From contig JAVECO010000031.1 in NCBI GenBank assembly GCA_051942205.1, positions 1-64,000 on the forward strand: 64,000 bases of DNA. The letters are read 5' to 3'. The position numbers and the translations under genes are program-made. The stretch is from Coniocarpon cinnabarinum. Taxonomy: Eukaryota. The notes under the pieces were generated by a model, which was given only the letters and a program-made list of their open reading frames with translations, did no database searches and was not told the DNA's origin. Within the stretch, counting starts at the first letter, position 1; the number at the start of each line of letters is the position of its first letter. Positions 46,689-59,355 of the stretch are shown piece by piece.

Positions 46689-47855
46689 TCACTCACTTGA
46701 GTCGCTATCATCATCCGCCATCTGTTCAGTTTCAGCACGTCTTCGGTTCGTCCTCTGACTACTTTCGACTCTGCTGTTGACACGCGCTGCACCTCCAGTG
46801 CTTGCCCTGCCATTTCCAGTCCCTCTCACAGCCCGCACTCCGACAAAGTCAACCCCGCTCCATTCTCTTTCACACTCAGGGCATTGCTTTCGTCCACGCC
46901 TACTACGCCAAAAGGCGCCCGTACAGGCATCGTGTAGCCGCCCTCCGCATTTACGTTCCCCACATCTCTGTCCTGAAATGATGATCTCCTGACATGCCGC
47001 GCACTTCTTGATCCTTTCTACACCTCTTGCTCGAGCTCGTGCACTTTCAGGGGATGTGTCCGAATCGGAGTCATCCGACGGCGGCGCTGACTCGGATGGC
47101 GGCTCGTTGTATGTTTCCACGAGCCACGATTTCAACTCCATAAGAGCGCGTGGCGACAGAATGTAATATCTGCTTGCTCGCTCAGCAGGTGCAGAAGTTA
47201 CCTCAAGCCAGCCCTCGGCAACAAGGAGCTTTAAGAAAGCCTCCGCTTCAACCATTGACATTTTCTTGCCACTTGCCACTGTAGCCACAGCTTCGCCGTC
47301 CACCGTGCTGTTGCCGTTGACCGCGCCGCTGCTTTGTCGTTGGGAATCGCGGTTGTTGCTTTTGTGGAGCTGCAGAGCTTGCATGTGACCCACTGCCATG
47401 ATCTCTTTGCCGCCACGACCTGTGGGCGAGTTTTGCGTCTCGAACATGCAGTCCAATACGCGCAGCAGGTATGCAATCTCTTCAGGTGTCTTCAGCGTTG
47501 CCAGCTGACTGACAGGATCACTGGTCGTGTTCACGAGTGCGAGCACTTTCACCCTCGTTCCGTCACCTCCCTCCTCCTCGTCATCATCCATATAATTTGT
47601 GCGATGGTCATGTTGGGTCAGTTGCTGCCTAATCTCCAGGTCGTACTGCGAGATGGCAGCATTGACGACTGCCACGTAAGAGACGAGATCAGGCTCTGTG
47701 ACATCGTTTTCGGCGATTTCACGCTTTTCGTAGATGGACAAGATTCGTGCCAGAACGGGTTTCAAAGTGGCTGAGGTGTGCGTCGTACGCGTGAGAAAGG
47801 ATTGCAAAAAGGCTCGATGTGCATGAGAATAAGATGTTGAGTCCGCCATGCTCAT
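46689..47855 (-). CDS. NSE1: Smc5/6 complex subunit Nse1 (winged helix plus RING-like)
   Basis: HRAFLQSFL, ALVNTTSD, LSPRALMELKSWL and RING-like CAACQEIII.GQRC...C...LHDAC...CPEC...W. Confidence 0.92.
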   Translation of the reverse strand: MSMADSTSYSHAHRAFLQSFLTRTTHTSATLKPVLARILSIYEKREIAENDVTEPDLVSYVAVVNAAISQYDLEIRQQLTQHDHRTNYMDDDEEEGGDGTRVKVLALVNTTSDPVSQLATLKTPEEIAYLLRVLDCMFETQNSPTGRGGKEIMAVGHMQALQLHKSNNRDSQRQSSGAVNGNSTVDGEAVATVASGKKMSMVEAEAFLKLLVAEGWLEVTSAPAERASRYYILSPRALMELKSWLVETYNEPPSESAPPSDDSDSDTSPESARARARGVERIKKCAACQEIIISGQRCGERKCGGRLHDACTGAFWRSRRGRKQCPECEREWSGVDFVGVRAVRGTGNGRASTGGAARVNSRVESSQRTNRRRAETEQMADDDSDSSE

Positions 47856-47970
47856 AACAATCTAGTAACGAGCGTCTCGATTGGAGGCGACTCGCAACTG
47901 CTAGGCATCGCAGCAGCTAATGCAGCAAGCAGCGGCGCCGATGCTGTGGCATGTTCCTGATGACGATGAA

Positions 47971-48422
47971 CCACGTGACGTTATAGCCAACGCGAAAGTG
48001 TCGCGACATCACATTACAGACTGTATACAAGCGTCAATTCACCTAAATATCACGTGATCTTTTCACCCTTATATCTTATATCACATTGGCATCGGTCTTT
48101 TCTGTTCAAGCATCGTTTATGGGATTATGCACACAGCAAGCGTCACGCCAAGAGACGAAACACTGAAGACGTTCATCATCAGATAAGTCAATTTACTTTA
48201 GCACGTATCACTATCCTCCAGATTCAGCTCAACAGAACACGCATAAGAAAGCCACATCTACGCATCACGACTTTCAAGTTTGCCCTGCAAACGCGACAGT
48301 CGCACTGTCACGTGTTTTCCACGGATCTGCTTGCTATTCTAAGAAGTCTCCTCTTCCAACACGCACGCGTGCGATCCAGTTTCGTGCCTGCGGCGGCCGT
48401 AAACGGACAGGCAAGTCACGTG
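47971..48422. promoter_or_regulatory. Cluster of CACGTG E-boxes plus CGCG (MCB/SCB-like) motifs upstream of NSE1
   Basis: CACGTG at ~47972, ~48051, ~48309 and ~48417. ACGCGAAA at ~47990 and ACGCGT at ~48365. Confidence 0.35.
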
Positions 48423-49233
48423 TGTTTGTTCAAAGTGCTGTCTTTGGCAAACGCATTCCCTCCGCCTGCAGTCTCGGCCTTGTGTCAAACACGTCATTAG
48501 TAGTTCTTTGCCGCCAGAGCAACGCTACAGGATAGCGAGACTGGACCCTCTGTGGTTTTCAGATTGACAGTGTGGGTCTTCTTGAAGTGACGCTGCTTGC
48601 AGTCTGTACTATCTACTGCGGTCTACAATTGCGTCAATTGGCGCTCCAGAAATCGGCGCCTCCGAGCCGCGCGCTGGTTAGGATATGATACGTCCGTGGC
48701 CACAAGTCCGAACACTTGGTCGCACAGCATTGTATGTCATCACATATGTGCCGCAAATGGCTGACTTTTTCCCCATTCCAATCTCGCAACATGAAAAGCT
48801 CAAGTGCGTGCGGTGCTCACAACAGCCACATCTCATCAATAAAGCCAGCTGTAGACGCCGTCTCACCGTAGTATCTGCGTTCATGGTCTCTGAGGGCGGG
48901 TCGTTACTAACGGAAGTCTCACCAGCAACCAGCTCACCTACTCACGTATTCCTTTGGCCCTTGAACTCACAGCAGCTTGATTCTTCCGCAGTGTTACAGG
49001 CGCCTTGATGAACTTCCCATTTACTTTGCTCGCGAATAGTAGCCACGTAACCGTCTGCGAACGGAGATGCACAGACAATCATAATGGACACGTAAAGTTC
49101 ATCTTCATTGATACAAAAGGCCTTGCCAATGGGCAAAGTCGCTATGATCATTCTAGTCTTGGATCGACACAGCCCGTAGACCTTACGGATCCTTCGAAGT
49201 GATTCCCAAGCACTCTGCGTCGAGACCCCAATA

Positions 49234-50172
49234 ATGGCTTCAGATCTTTACGAAGACAAAAAACTCATCGCCCAAAAGAGACTCGAGATTGAAATGCATG
49301 TGCGCATGAGCAGCGAAACAGATGTTCAGCTTCTATGTGAGGGCAAGGAGCTCCTCAAGGCTAGACATGTAAGCCTTGCTGACTATCAACATTAATGGAA
49401 ACAAGGTTGCTCAGCAGAGTGCAGACAATCATGAATCGCTTTTCCCATGAGGAATTCCTAATAGGAGGCCTCACCAGCTCACGGATATTTGGTATGTCGA
49501 AAAGAATTCGGTTCTCATGCTCTTGAACTACTCCTTGTGACTCGCATAACGAGCTCGTTTCTTATGAAATCTCCCCCCGTGTAAATTCAACTGTTTCTTC
49601 TTCGAACCCTAGCTTCTGATCATGAGGTGCCGCGGCCGGAGCGTCGAGAGCTACGCATGCTGACACAACACTTTGTGACAGAAATCGAACAGGGCAGGCA
49701 CCTTGAAACACTAGGAGATTTCAAGACCTGGCACGTCGTGCCGCATCGCAAATGCGATGGCGCTTACGTCCACGAGTGGTTCTACCCAGAGGAGGCCAAG
49801 CCCAAAAAGGTGCGGCAACAAATCAAGCATGAAGACATGGACTCGGAAAGACATCACGTCCAGTTCACGTACGAGTCTCCTCATGGATACCGTCTCACCC
49901 TAGAGATGGTCCCCCTGGATGAGCAGAGCCTCAAGTTCCAACCCACCATCATACACTCCGATTCGGCCGACCGCTCCGACTCCGATGAAATGACGACCGA
50001 AGAAAAGGAAGGGGAGAAATTCTCGTGGGAGGTGCGTGAAGAAGATCACTATGGGAGAAAGGTGTCTGTCGCGGTGATGAAAGGACCGCTGCCCAAGGGC
50101 CGATCCATCATGGAGGTGAGTCTCAGATACCGCCTGACTGACCAATTCGTCTGTGATTACGCGCTGACATGA
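49234..50172 (+). CDS. Hypothetical protein (exons 49234-49368, 49425-49491, 49682-50172)
   Basis: GTAAGC and GTATGT donors, a GCTGAC branch and CAG acceptors give one continuous frame MASDLYEDKK...FVCDYALT*. No domain recognised. Confidence 0.6.
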
Positions 50173-51576
50173 GCCAGACCTTTGCACTGCTTACAATCGG
50201 TGCCCTCTCCGTGCAGGAACACCGCAAACCGGGCTTTATGAGCGATCAGTCAGATGGGATGCTGAAGCGCGCGCGATCCAAGTCGCCGCCAAAGACTCAA
50301 GTGGGCGTGGCCGGGCCCAGCAGGTCCTGAACGCGGCTCCAAAGACACACCCCACGGCATCGCGGAGAGGCGAAAGCAGAACCATAGCGAGGCAGAACTC
50401 TAGCAAGCACGCCCCCATTCGAGACTCTGAGCCGGACTTGGGAATCAATGGGGCCCCCTCTTACATGACCGCGCGATATGACGATTCTTGCTTCTCTGTC
50501 TGCCGCAGCTCATCACAGTCGTGCATTTCCTCGCGCTGCTTTGCCAGACGAACCGTGTTCAGCTTTTTATGCTAACGTTCCCCTGCCTGCCTCACCTTCC
50601 TCCATCTCTCGATCTACACCTGAGTAAACCGCCTGTCTCCCTCATTCGTGGGACCTTGGTGCGCTGGCGCGAGACACTCACATCTCTCCCGCGTTACGTT
50701 CCCTGTGCAAATACGTGGCAATGCAGCGTAAAGAACATCAACGCCCACACTGCGAGACCCACCCGTATTAAGCATCAGTCCATTCGCTCCGCCCTGGCCC
50801 TCGCCGCTACACACAGTCTAGCCAAATGCTACAGTACCAGCTTCGCCTCTCTCTCATCCAACGCTAAGTCCCTGCTCGAAACGACGTCAACAATTGTCGA
50901 AAATAGACACAACACCGAGTCCATTACATACCTGCAGAAGAACGTGCGCGTCAAGAACTACTGCTGCTGCAGTCCTTCAAACCACACCACCGTGACACTA
51001 TTACTAAGCCGGATTCAACTTCAAGAGACTTGAGATATCGCTAAGCTGCCCCGTGGCAAACTATGTGCATTTAGCAATCGCACGATCCAACCTCAGCTCT
51101 CTTCTCGAATCACCCGGAGCGGAATATGAACGAAACGGTCTAAGAAGTAGTGCTTTCGCAGGGAATGCTGTATGGCATGATCGAGCCGACGTCGGATGTA
51201 TAATGGTCCATTACGCTTTCAACCCTAGCTGTATTATTGCCGTTTCATCTCGCTTACAAAGTGACACGAACAGTTGCGCAGTTGATTAATTGTCTACAAC
51301 GACCATACACACGTCGAGAATGCTGGCTCTAATAATTGAAGAGGTCCGTCTTCGACGCGGAACAGGAGGAATGTGTCAGCTTTGCCTCCTAAACAGGTTG
51401 AAGTAAGTACACCTGTGGCGTCTGAAACAGCCAGATACCGACGCCCAACATGCAAGACGAGCAGGATCATCAGACAAAACACAGGATAGCAGAGAACGCA
51501 GGAGCAACCACGGAAGTTCCTCAACACCAACGCTAGCCCCTCGCATTCAATGGAGGCACTTTCTCCCTTGCAAGAA

Positions 51577-53936
51577 TCACTGCGCCTTTTTACCCTCGGC
51601 CATCGCCGCCCGCTGAATCAACGTGGCCCCATACTTAGAACTCTCTTGCCAACCCTTCTGTCGGGCCCAAAAGCGCATGGTAGGGTTCGTCCCGTGGATC
51701 GACGCCTCGCGTGCTTCATCCTCCAGAGACTGACGCGTGATTGGCTTCTCTTCAAACGACTTCACAAGCTTCGGCGCAATCTTAGCAGCCTGCTCACCGC
51801 GGCTCTCCTCTAGATATCGCTTCCGCACGAGATAGCGCTCTGCACGTTCTTGGCTTCGGCCAGGAGAGTCAATCTTGGTTATCGCGTATTTGACGACTGC
51901 GCGAGCGAGGAAATAGACATTCTCAGAAGCGAGAATTGAGAGTAATAAGCCGCTGGCTTTGATGGTATCGGGACGACCACCCGGACCGATGCTTTCTTGA
52001 CCATTGAACATGTAGACGAGAGCAGAGGTCGTAAGGCTTCCGGCCCACGTGAGGAAGCCGAGAGAGTCAAGCCAGGGGCCGATGGAGTCGGCGCGCCATG
52101 GGATGGGTCGTTGCACTTCGTTGCAGATTTTGGCAGCGTCCGTGCGCAGCTCGAACCAGTTGTTGACGAGGAAGGACACCGCGGTCAAGGGCCAAACGCA
52201 GCTGAACAATGAGAGGTAACCGTACTGGACGACCATTTCGCGCAGATCATCAGTCACTTCATATTTGTCGAGCTCGGCCTCGTTGCGCACACGTTGCAGA
52301 AATTCTTGCTCTTCTGGAGGATCTGCGGCTGTTGGACTAGCAGGGGTTGTCTGAGCGGTGCCGGCTTGCGCAGCTTTCTTTGACTTGTAGCTTTTATAAC
52401 TTGCAAAGCCTCGCCGCTTGAGGTACGGTACTAGAATCTCGGTGGCTTGGTTCACAATTTGTGCTGTAACGACGAAATAGATGACTTGTTTGCGCAGTCT
52501 GCCGGGGTTGATTTTGAAGCTTCCGGCTTGCGGGACTGCTGTTTCCTTCGCGTCGGTTGCAAAAGGTTCGACGGTGAGACTGAAGACGTCGAGATAAGGC
52601 ACTAGATCTGTAGCGAACGGGACATACACGAAAGCTGTCAGCAAAATTGGCAGGTATGAGGTGATGAAGTTGAGGATGAATATCTTTTGCGTATAAGCGG
52701 TCTCGTGTGCTAAATCTGTCTCGTGGTTTTCAAAGTCATTGAGTTTGGACGCCAAACTCGACAGAAAACCCAGCAGCAAGGGTTGAATCGTTGTCAGAAT
52801 GCCTGTTGGTAGAAAGACCTGATGATTGATGAGCGTAACTTCCATCAAGCTGCCAGCTCTTTGCTTACCAAAATGCTTTGACCTGGTCCGCTATAGATCT
52901 CGGACATGAATATTTCAATGCTGAACGCGAAGGCGATCAAGGCTCCGAGTGCTGCGGCAGCCAGCAGCGCAAACGGCACCTGTAGTAGTTGTCGTGTCAA
53001 ACGCTTACCGCTAGGGAAGAAGGCAATCTTTTCCCCAGTGGCTGGATCGGTGAACACCTTCTCCGGCCGGAAGTCATGCCTCTTGTTTTCGATTGCAGTC
53101 ACACCTCGGACACCCCATCGGACGGCCAAGTCGTATTCCTGATGCCTCCACCACTCCACAAAGACCAGACAGACTACGGCATTGACAATTGCGTAGATCG
53201 GTGAGAAGAAGCCCAGTAAGAAGTATGCCGAGGCGCCGAACGCAGCGATGCCAATCAGTGTAGTGAAGTAAAATTGTGTGAATGCGAAATAAAATGCGAC
53301 CTTCTCGCCGAGCCGATCACGAATCTCGTCCAGGTCCTCCATCTTGAGCGTGTATTTTGTGGCCCACTCTTTCAACCATCGCTTATTAAAGGCTTCATCA
53401 TGTAACGTAAAGATGGACTCGACGTGTTTCCAGTCTCCATGCTGGGGTGTGATACCAGCACCTCCTTCTTCAACGGGATTTGTGATCAATTGGTAGATAA
53501 TGCGGAGCCTCTCGGCTTCGTACAGGAGCTGGTTCTGGCCGGAAATCTCGCTTTCTTTCTCGGGTGCCGCCGAGCGAACACCGTGGAGCCAATCTTTAGT
53601 CCTAGCCGGTCGTTAATACGAGGAGCTGAGTGTGGGTGCAGCGGAGCTCCTACCGTGACCGGTATACCTCAGCGAAGAGGTTTTGTTCAGACTCGGGTCG
53701 CACAAAGATCAAGAGAGAATGATTCTCGCCATTGCGGACTTCGGTGGACAGGCCTACACCGGCAAGTGCTTGGACAAGCTTGTCGTATTGGCTTATGGCT
53801 TGCTCCTTGTCTGGCATCTCTTAGTTCATTAGTACTCAGGTATTGTGGAGCAGACTCTCAAACCTGAATCCGAGAAGCGGTAGGTCACGACATAGTCCAC
53901 ATCCATATTGCTGTGACGAGCTTGCTCTGGTGCCAT
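51577..53936 (-). CDS. IST2: Anoctamin/TMEM16 lipid scramblase-channel (4 exons)
   Basis: NMDVDYVVTYRF, KDWLHGVR, RDRLGEKVAFYFAF, EMVVQYGYLSLF, NNWFELRTD and RADSIGPWLDSL. Confidence 0.95.
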
Positions 53937-54472
53937 GACAGGCGAAGGTGACCCAGAGCGGACAGGCTGCGTTCCAGAAAGGCAACTCTAGCAATGAGAA
54001 AGGCACGACGGCCCTGAAGAAGCAGGGGTAGGTATTGTTCTGTGTTACTGGTCAGAAAGTTGGTACATAGCGCGCTGCCCGCATGTGAATTGGACGAAGA
54101 AGCTACGTCAGCGTCTTGAGAGAGAAGCCCCCACCTGCGGGAGACGCCGAAACGCTAGTCTGCTTTAATGTTTAAAGCAGCAAGGGCAGGGTTAGCCAAA
54201 TGTTTTCTCCTTTGCTTCATCGCTCGATTACATTGAGTGTATACATTTGAGCATGAGACGGTGAGATGCAAGGCAGCGCTGTCCGATTGAGAAATGTATT
54301 GGAACACACTCTTGAAAGGGTTTCTAAGGGTACGAAACGCGGGCAACGACACGTGAACTTAGAAACAGACAGACCAGAACAGATTTCAGTGTTGGAGAGC
54401 ATTGCGTTTCATTTCAAAACTATCACTATTGTCTCACAGCAATACTGTTGTTTCCGCCCAACATAGCGTGAT

Positions 54473-54856
54473 CTAAGTTCCATCCTCATTCACCAGATCA
54501 GCATCACCTTCGGGCTCCTTCATCTGGCCCTTCGCTGGCTTGCCACGAGTTCGTCCGCCTTCGACAATGTTGCTCTTGTCAATGGCTTCTTTTTCGTCTT
54601 GCTCTGAATATGCAATTAGCTGGTGCAAAGATGGGAAGAGCCTCTGGGCAACTTTGTGATATTCGAAGTACAGTTGGATGGCAGAAGGTGATCACATACG
54701 CAATTGTTCATCGCTGTTGGCCTTTTCCTCGTCCGGCTCGGCGACCGGTGCATCTTGGTCGACAGGGACCTCACCTGAAGCGTCTTTGTAGTCGGACTCG
54801 GGGTGGGCCATCTCAGGGTTGGCGTCCTTGTCCTGCTCAGTGATTCTGGTCGACAT
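54473..54856 (-). CDS. Small acidic CHZ-motif (histone H2A.Z chaperone-like) protein, 95 aa (exons 54856-54700, 54603-54473)
   Basis: MSTRITEQ...NSDEQL|QQDEKEAIDKSNIVEGGRTRGKP...GT*. Intron GTATGT..GCTAAT..TTCAG, with TATAAA about 130 bp upstream. Confidence 0.8.
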
Positions 54857-55701
54857 GGTGATTGTGGCTGTGAAAGAATACTAGTATTCGCTCGGATTGC
54901 GGGTATCAGTGATGGTGCGAGGAACAGTGGATTTGAATGATAAAGAAATTAGTCCCACATAGGTGGAGAGCACCAGTTGCTTTATAGACGAGCACAAAGC
55001 GGTTGAGCTGGAGCGATCTGCACCTAACACAGGGTAGCTACGTCAAGCGAGATAGACTATTTGACTAGCCTGAGGAGATGTTCGACAGGTATCGGACATT
55101 TCCCTGAGATCCAGCACGACGTAGATGCGATCGAATGCAGAGATGGTGATGTCAGCGGACACGGCACCTGGTACACGGAAGACATGATGCTGCCCCGGTG
55201 CAGAAGCTCTCATAGCTGATATCCATTGCAGCCATTTCATCACGTACTCAAGCAGGATCTGTTATACACCCTGGAACGCGTATAGACATTCGAGCCATAA
55301 TCTTCCTCTTCGACTTAGATGCTCTTCCTCGCGTGACAAGCAGGCCGGACAGCTTCCTCATCGAAACGATCGAGATGGCATGACTCTTTAGTATCAACGC
55401 CTCGAAGTGACCCGCTCTTACCAGCCGTGTTCATCGCACATTAGTGTGTCAAATTGAGACGATCGCGTCGTCTCAGATAGGAAGTGTAATGACCAGTGAC
55501 GCGCGAAATCTCGTTTTATGCAAGATCGGGGGCCGGAAGCTAGCTGTACCTGCATTAGCGTATCTTCCTTAGATCTGGTCCCCTGCAGACGTTTGCTGGT
55601 GGTTTATGGCTCTTCCAAGCTGTCGGTCGTCTCTGTCGTCGATTATCGCCCAGCCATCGTGGCCTCAAGGCTGCCAAGATGCATTTAGCTGTTCATTGGC
55701 G

Positions 55702-58700
55702 TCATCGAGCGCTACGAAGAAAGCCAACAACACCGGTGCAATAGCCTGCTAGTGCATCTAATCGCCCTGCCTCCTTCTTTTGCTCTTCTCGCCATGCTCT
55801 TAGTGCATTCACGAGTTGGCCGCCATTAGCGTTTTCTTCGTCAGTGGAAGCCTCCACGTCTTCGGCAATTGCATCAGCGTGTACTTTGAGAAACACAGCC
55901 ATCCACGCCTGAACGAGCTCGTAGTCTTTTCGTTCTCTCATCTTGTGTGTGAGAGCCTGCACGAAGAACAGTAGTTGTGCATACGGCGGCGCTGCATCAA
56001 GCGAGCGGATTTCGATATCTATCGCTGACGGTGATAGATTCTTCAGGTGATCAGTGGCAGCGTTGAACGCCTTCTCATTGACACCGTCGCGCGAAAATTT
56101 TGAGAGATCGCTCTGGTTTGCCTCGCGGTTCATCTTTAGAATGCGAGACGAAGCCGTTGCACCCATATTAGAATCTAATGCATCATCTCCACTTGTGAGC
56201 GTCGCTAGAGACTGGTCTTCGCCCTGTTGGCTTTCACGTTGAGTCAACGATAAGAAGAAAGGTGCTTTCTCAGGTGCCTTTGGGGGCTCAATAGGCTTGT
56301 TGCGTTCACGAATCTGATCAAGATGAATAAGGTTTTGCCACCGACTTCGCGGGACAAGACTCAAGGTCTCCACTGATGAAGTTAGCTGGTCGACAATGGG
56401 AAGCGGATCGAGCGCGTCATATTCGTCGTTCTGATCAATGTCTTCAGCGCCCTCTAGGGCCGTGGCAACCACGCTGGCGCCTCCTTCACCGGATGCTGCA
56501 GGCGCGCTGACCTGTGCAAATTCTGCCTCGGAAATCGCGCGTGTAGGGACGTGCCTGAAGAGGGTGCGATTCGTCCAAAGATCGACCCCGACACTATCCT
56601 CCTGGGTAGTAGCTAAGTACTCCCCAGTTGGTGACATAGAAAGCGCCGTACATGGACTGGGAAGTCTTATTGCGTCAATGAGGTGTCCAGTGGGCAAGTC
56701 CCAGACATTTACCAAGGCATCTCGAGACGCAGCCAGGATCCATCGGCCATCATGGGAGAATGTCCAGTCATTCACGGCTGCTCTAAGACCAGAGAGCTCG
56801 CGGACTACTCGGCGTGTCTCAATATCAACCACGCGAATGATTTTGTCGCCACAAGACAAGGAGAGAAGATTGCTCGTGCGGTGGAGCTTCAAGCCATGGG
56901 CTGATGTGTACGCAGACCAGTCAAGTTCGTGTAGCAAGCGACCATTCAAGAAGTCCCAAAACTTGATCTTGCCGTCGACACTACAGCTGATGACATATCG
57001 ATTCAAGCTGTCGACTTCAACGCCAGTGACCGCGGCTTGATGTTTGCCAAGTCCTTTCGCGAATTGCTCTTTGACTTCCCCATTTTGAAGTGCCTGTCGC
57101 GCATGTTCTTGGTCTAGACGGTGCGCCTGGGCTTTGGTGAGCTTGGTAGGAAAGCGCTGACGGTGCAGACCGGATTGCAGATTGTACATGTCAATGATGC
57201 CTCGAGAAGATCCAAGTATGGCAAAAGTACCGCAAGGCGAAACAGCAACGCTGGTTACCTCGCCACCATCACTTGTCTCGAGCAACCAACGACCTGCTCT
57301 CTTACGACCCCAGAACCATGTCCGTGCGAAACGGTCGCCACGATGTCCGGTGATCACACTTTCCCAGCCAGTCATGTTCGGATCCGTTGCCGTTGACTTA
57401 CCTTTCAACTGCTTTGCACTCGCCCATATGGTTTTGTGACCAGGCATGGCTCCCATACCGCCGTCGCGATTCATTGAGCATGACATGCACGTGATCTCTG
57501 GTGCTTTCAATCTTTCGGTCTCCCCGCGGCTGTCGATGCTACTCATCATACCCAGCTTCTTTGCTTTTGACTTGACCGAACCCTGACTAAGCTCAGTACT
57601 CTGTCCGTCGCGACGCAAACTCCAACCCCAGGCACTGCGGTCTTTAGCTGCACTGAACAGCCACTTGCCATTAGCATCAGTTCCATCTGCTTCGCTTGGT
57701 AAGAAATTCAAGGTCGTAATGGGAGCCGAGTGACCACCACGAGCATGTAATGGGCGTGGTAGAGGTGAAAAGGGAGTTTGATCAAATATCCAAGTCTTGA
57801 GCGAGTTGTCAGCTCCGCTGGTCACTAAGACAGCTTGACCTGACAGGAATTCAATCTTGCTAATCCCGTCCTCCCCAGTGTCTGAAGTGGTGTGAGCGCC
57901 ACGAAGCGTCGCCGTTCGCTTGCCGCCGTTATTTAGATCCCATAGCTGGACATCACCACTGTTGTATGAGGCCGTAGCCATAATCCCTGCCTGTTGACCG
58001 TCCGGCCCGGCACCGAGATCATCTGTTCGAAAAGACATAGAGGTGATGGGCGCCTGACCACCGTGACCTGCGTTGAGCCTTAACACTTCTCGATCGGTGC
58101 GGACGTCATGTATCATAAGTGGTCCATTTGCGTAAGCGATGGCCAGCAGTGATAACGCTGGCGTTGGCTCAAGCGCGCTGACAGGTCCCAGATCGGAGGA
58201 AGGAGGTACAATGGAATAGATCAGCTTTCCTGTGGCAATGTTCCAGATCTCAACGCTGCCATTTTCTCGACCAGCGAACACTTTATTCGTAAATGTCGGC
58301 ATTATTGCAATGCCACCAGTGAGAATGCTGCCTTTTCCGCCGATAAACGGTGTCTGTAAGGTGGTATGGTGCTCCAGTGTCGCGGACTGCCAGACCTCGA
58401 TCTTCGTTGTACAGCATGCCACTATCCATGATCCGTACACGACAATTTGCACGATGTCTTCGTCCAGTGTCGGCGGCAGCAGGAACTCGCCTGTCTTTTT
58501 ACCCCGCTGAAAGATCCACAGGCCCCTCTCCGGCTTCGGGCCGGAAGTTGACCACGAAGCAATCAGTCTGTGGTCCCATGTCGAGGTCGCAGTGATGGGT
58601 CCCGGGGTTTGAGGACGTGTGAGAAAGACGAGGTTCAGGCCTTTTCGAAGGTCATAGGTCTGGAGAGTGCGTCCCACGGAAGTTGTGATGTGAAAGGTGG

Positions 58701-58944
58701 TCGAGCCCAAGGGATGAGCTGTGAAAGGAACGGCAGTCGGGGATACAAGGCCTATAGTCTGTGCGTGCGGTGTCAACTACGGATGCTGTGCTTCATTGTG
58801 GCAGAGAAAGCCTACACGGAATGGAGCAAAGATGCGTGAAGACGTTCGGGGCGTAGTGATGTTTGCGCTGTTTGCAGCTACTTTCTGGCGCTTTGCGGGT
58901 CGATTGGAATGCTGTCCACCTACTGGAATGACAGCGCCAGCCAT
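55702..58944 (-). CDS. UTP21: U3 snoRNP/SSU processome WD40 protein Utp21 (exons 58944-58816, 58758-55702)
   Basis: SRIFAPFR|TIGLVS, WD40 repeats, LSLVPRSRWQNL, RNKPIEPPKAPEKAPFFL and DYELVQAWMAVFLK. Confidence 0.95.
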
Positions 58945-59355
58945 GCTTGCACAATGGCCTGCGTGCAGCACACAAGTGGCTCCTGTGAGTAGAGTGTAGA
59001 AAGACAAGAGAGAAATACATTCGGCCGAGTTCGGAGAAAAATGCTTATCAGTATTTGGAAGGGCGTGCCGCGGTCCCTGGACTGGAATTTTCCTCCATCC
59101 AAGTCGCCAAACGGCTGTACTCGTGTGATGAATGTGAGAGGTCCAGCATTGGACTGTGGCCCTTGAGTAGGAGCTCCTTGTCCAGCAGTGTAATCATTTT
59201 GCGTGTTGCACGCGGCGCACACCCTTCCATCCTCTTCTTGCCACATGTCTGCTTCCACTTTCCCGCTGTCATTGCTCCACAGCCTTTGTATGGTTCACAG
59301 ATAGCGCCCACCACCCACCTGCCTGACCCTTTCTCCCCGGCGCGCCGTTGTCATC

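Noticed and set aside
50488..51033. 181-aa ORF
   Set aside because: Non-ATG start, atypical composition and no motifs.
51296..51330. ACAACGACCATAC resembles the 5' end of fungal 5S rRNA
   Set aside because: Similarity stops after about 12 nt, with no internal box A/C or 3' complementary stem.
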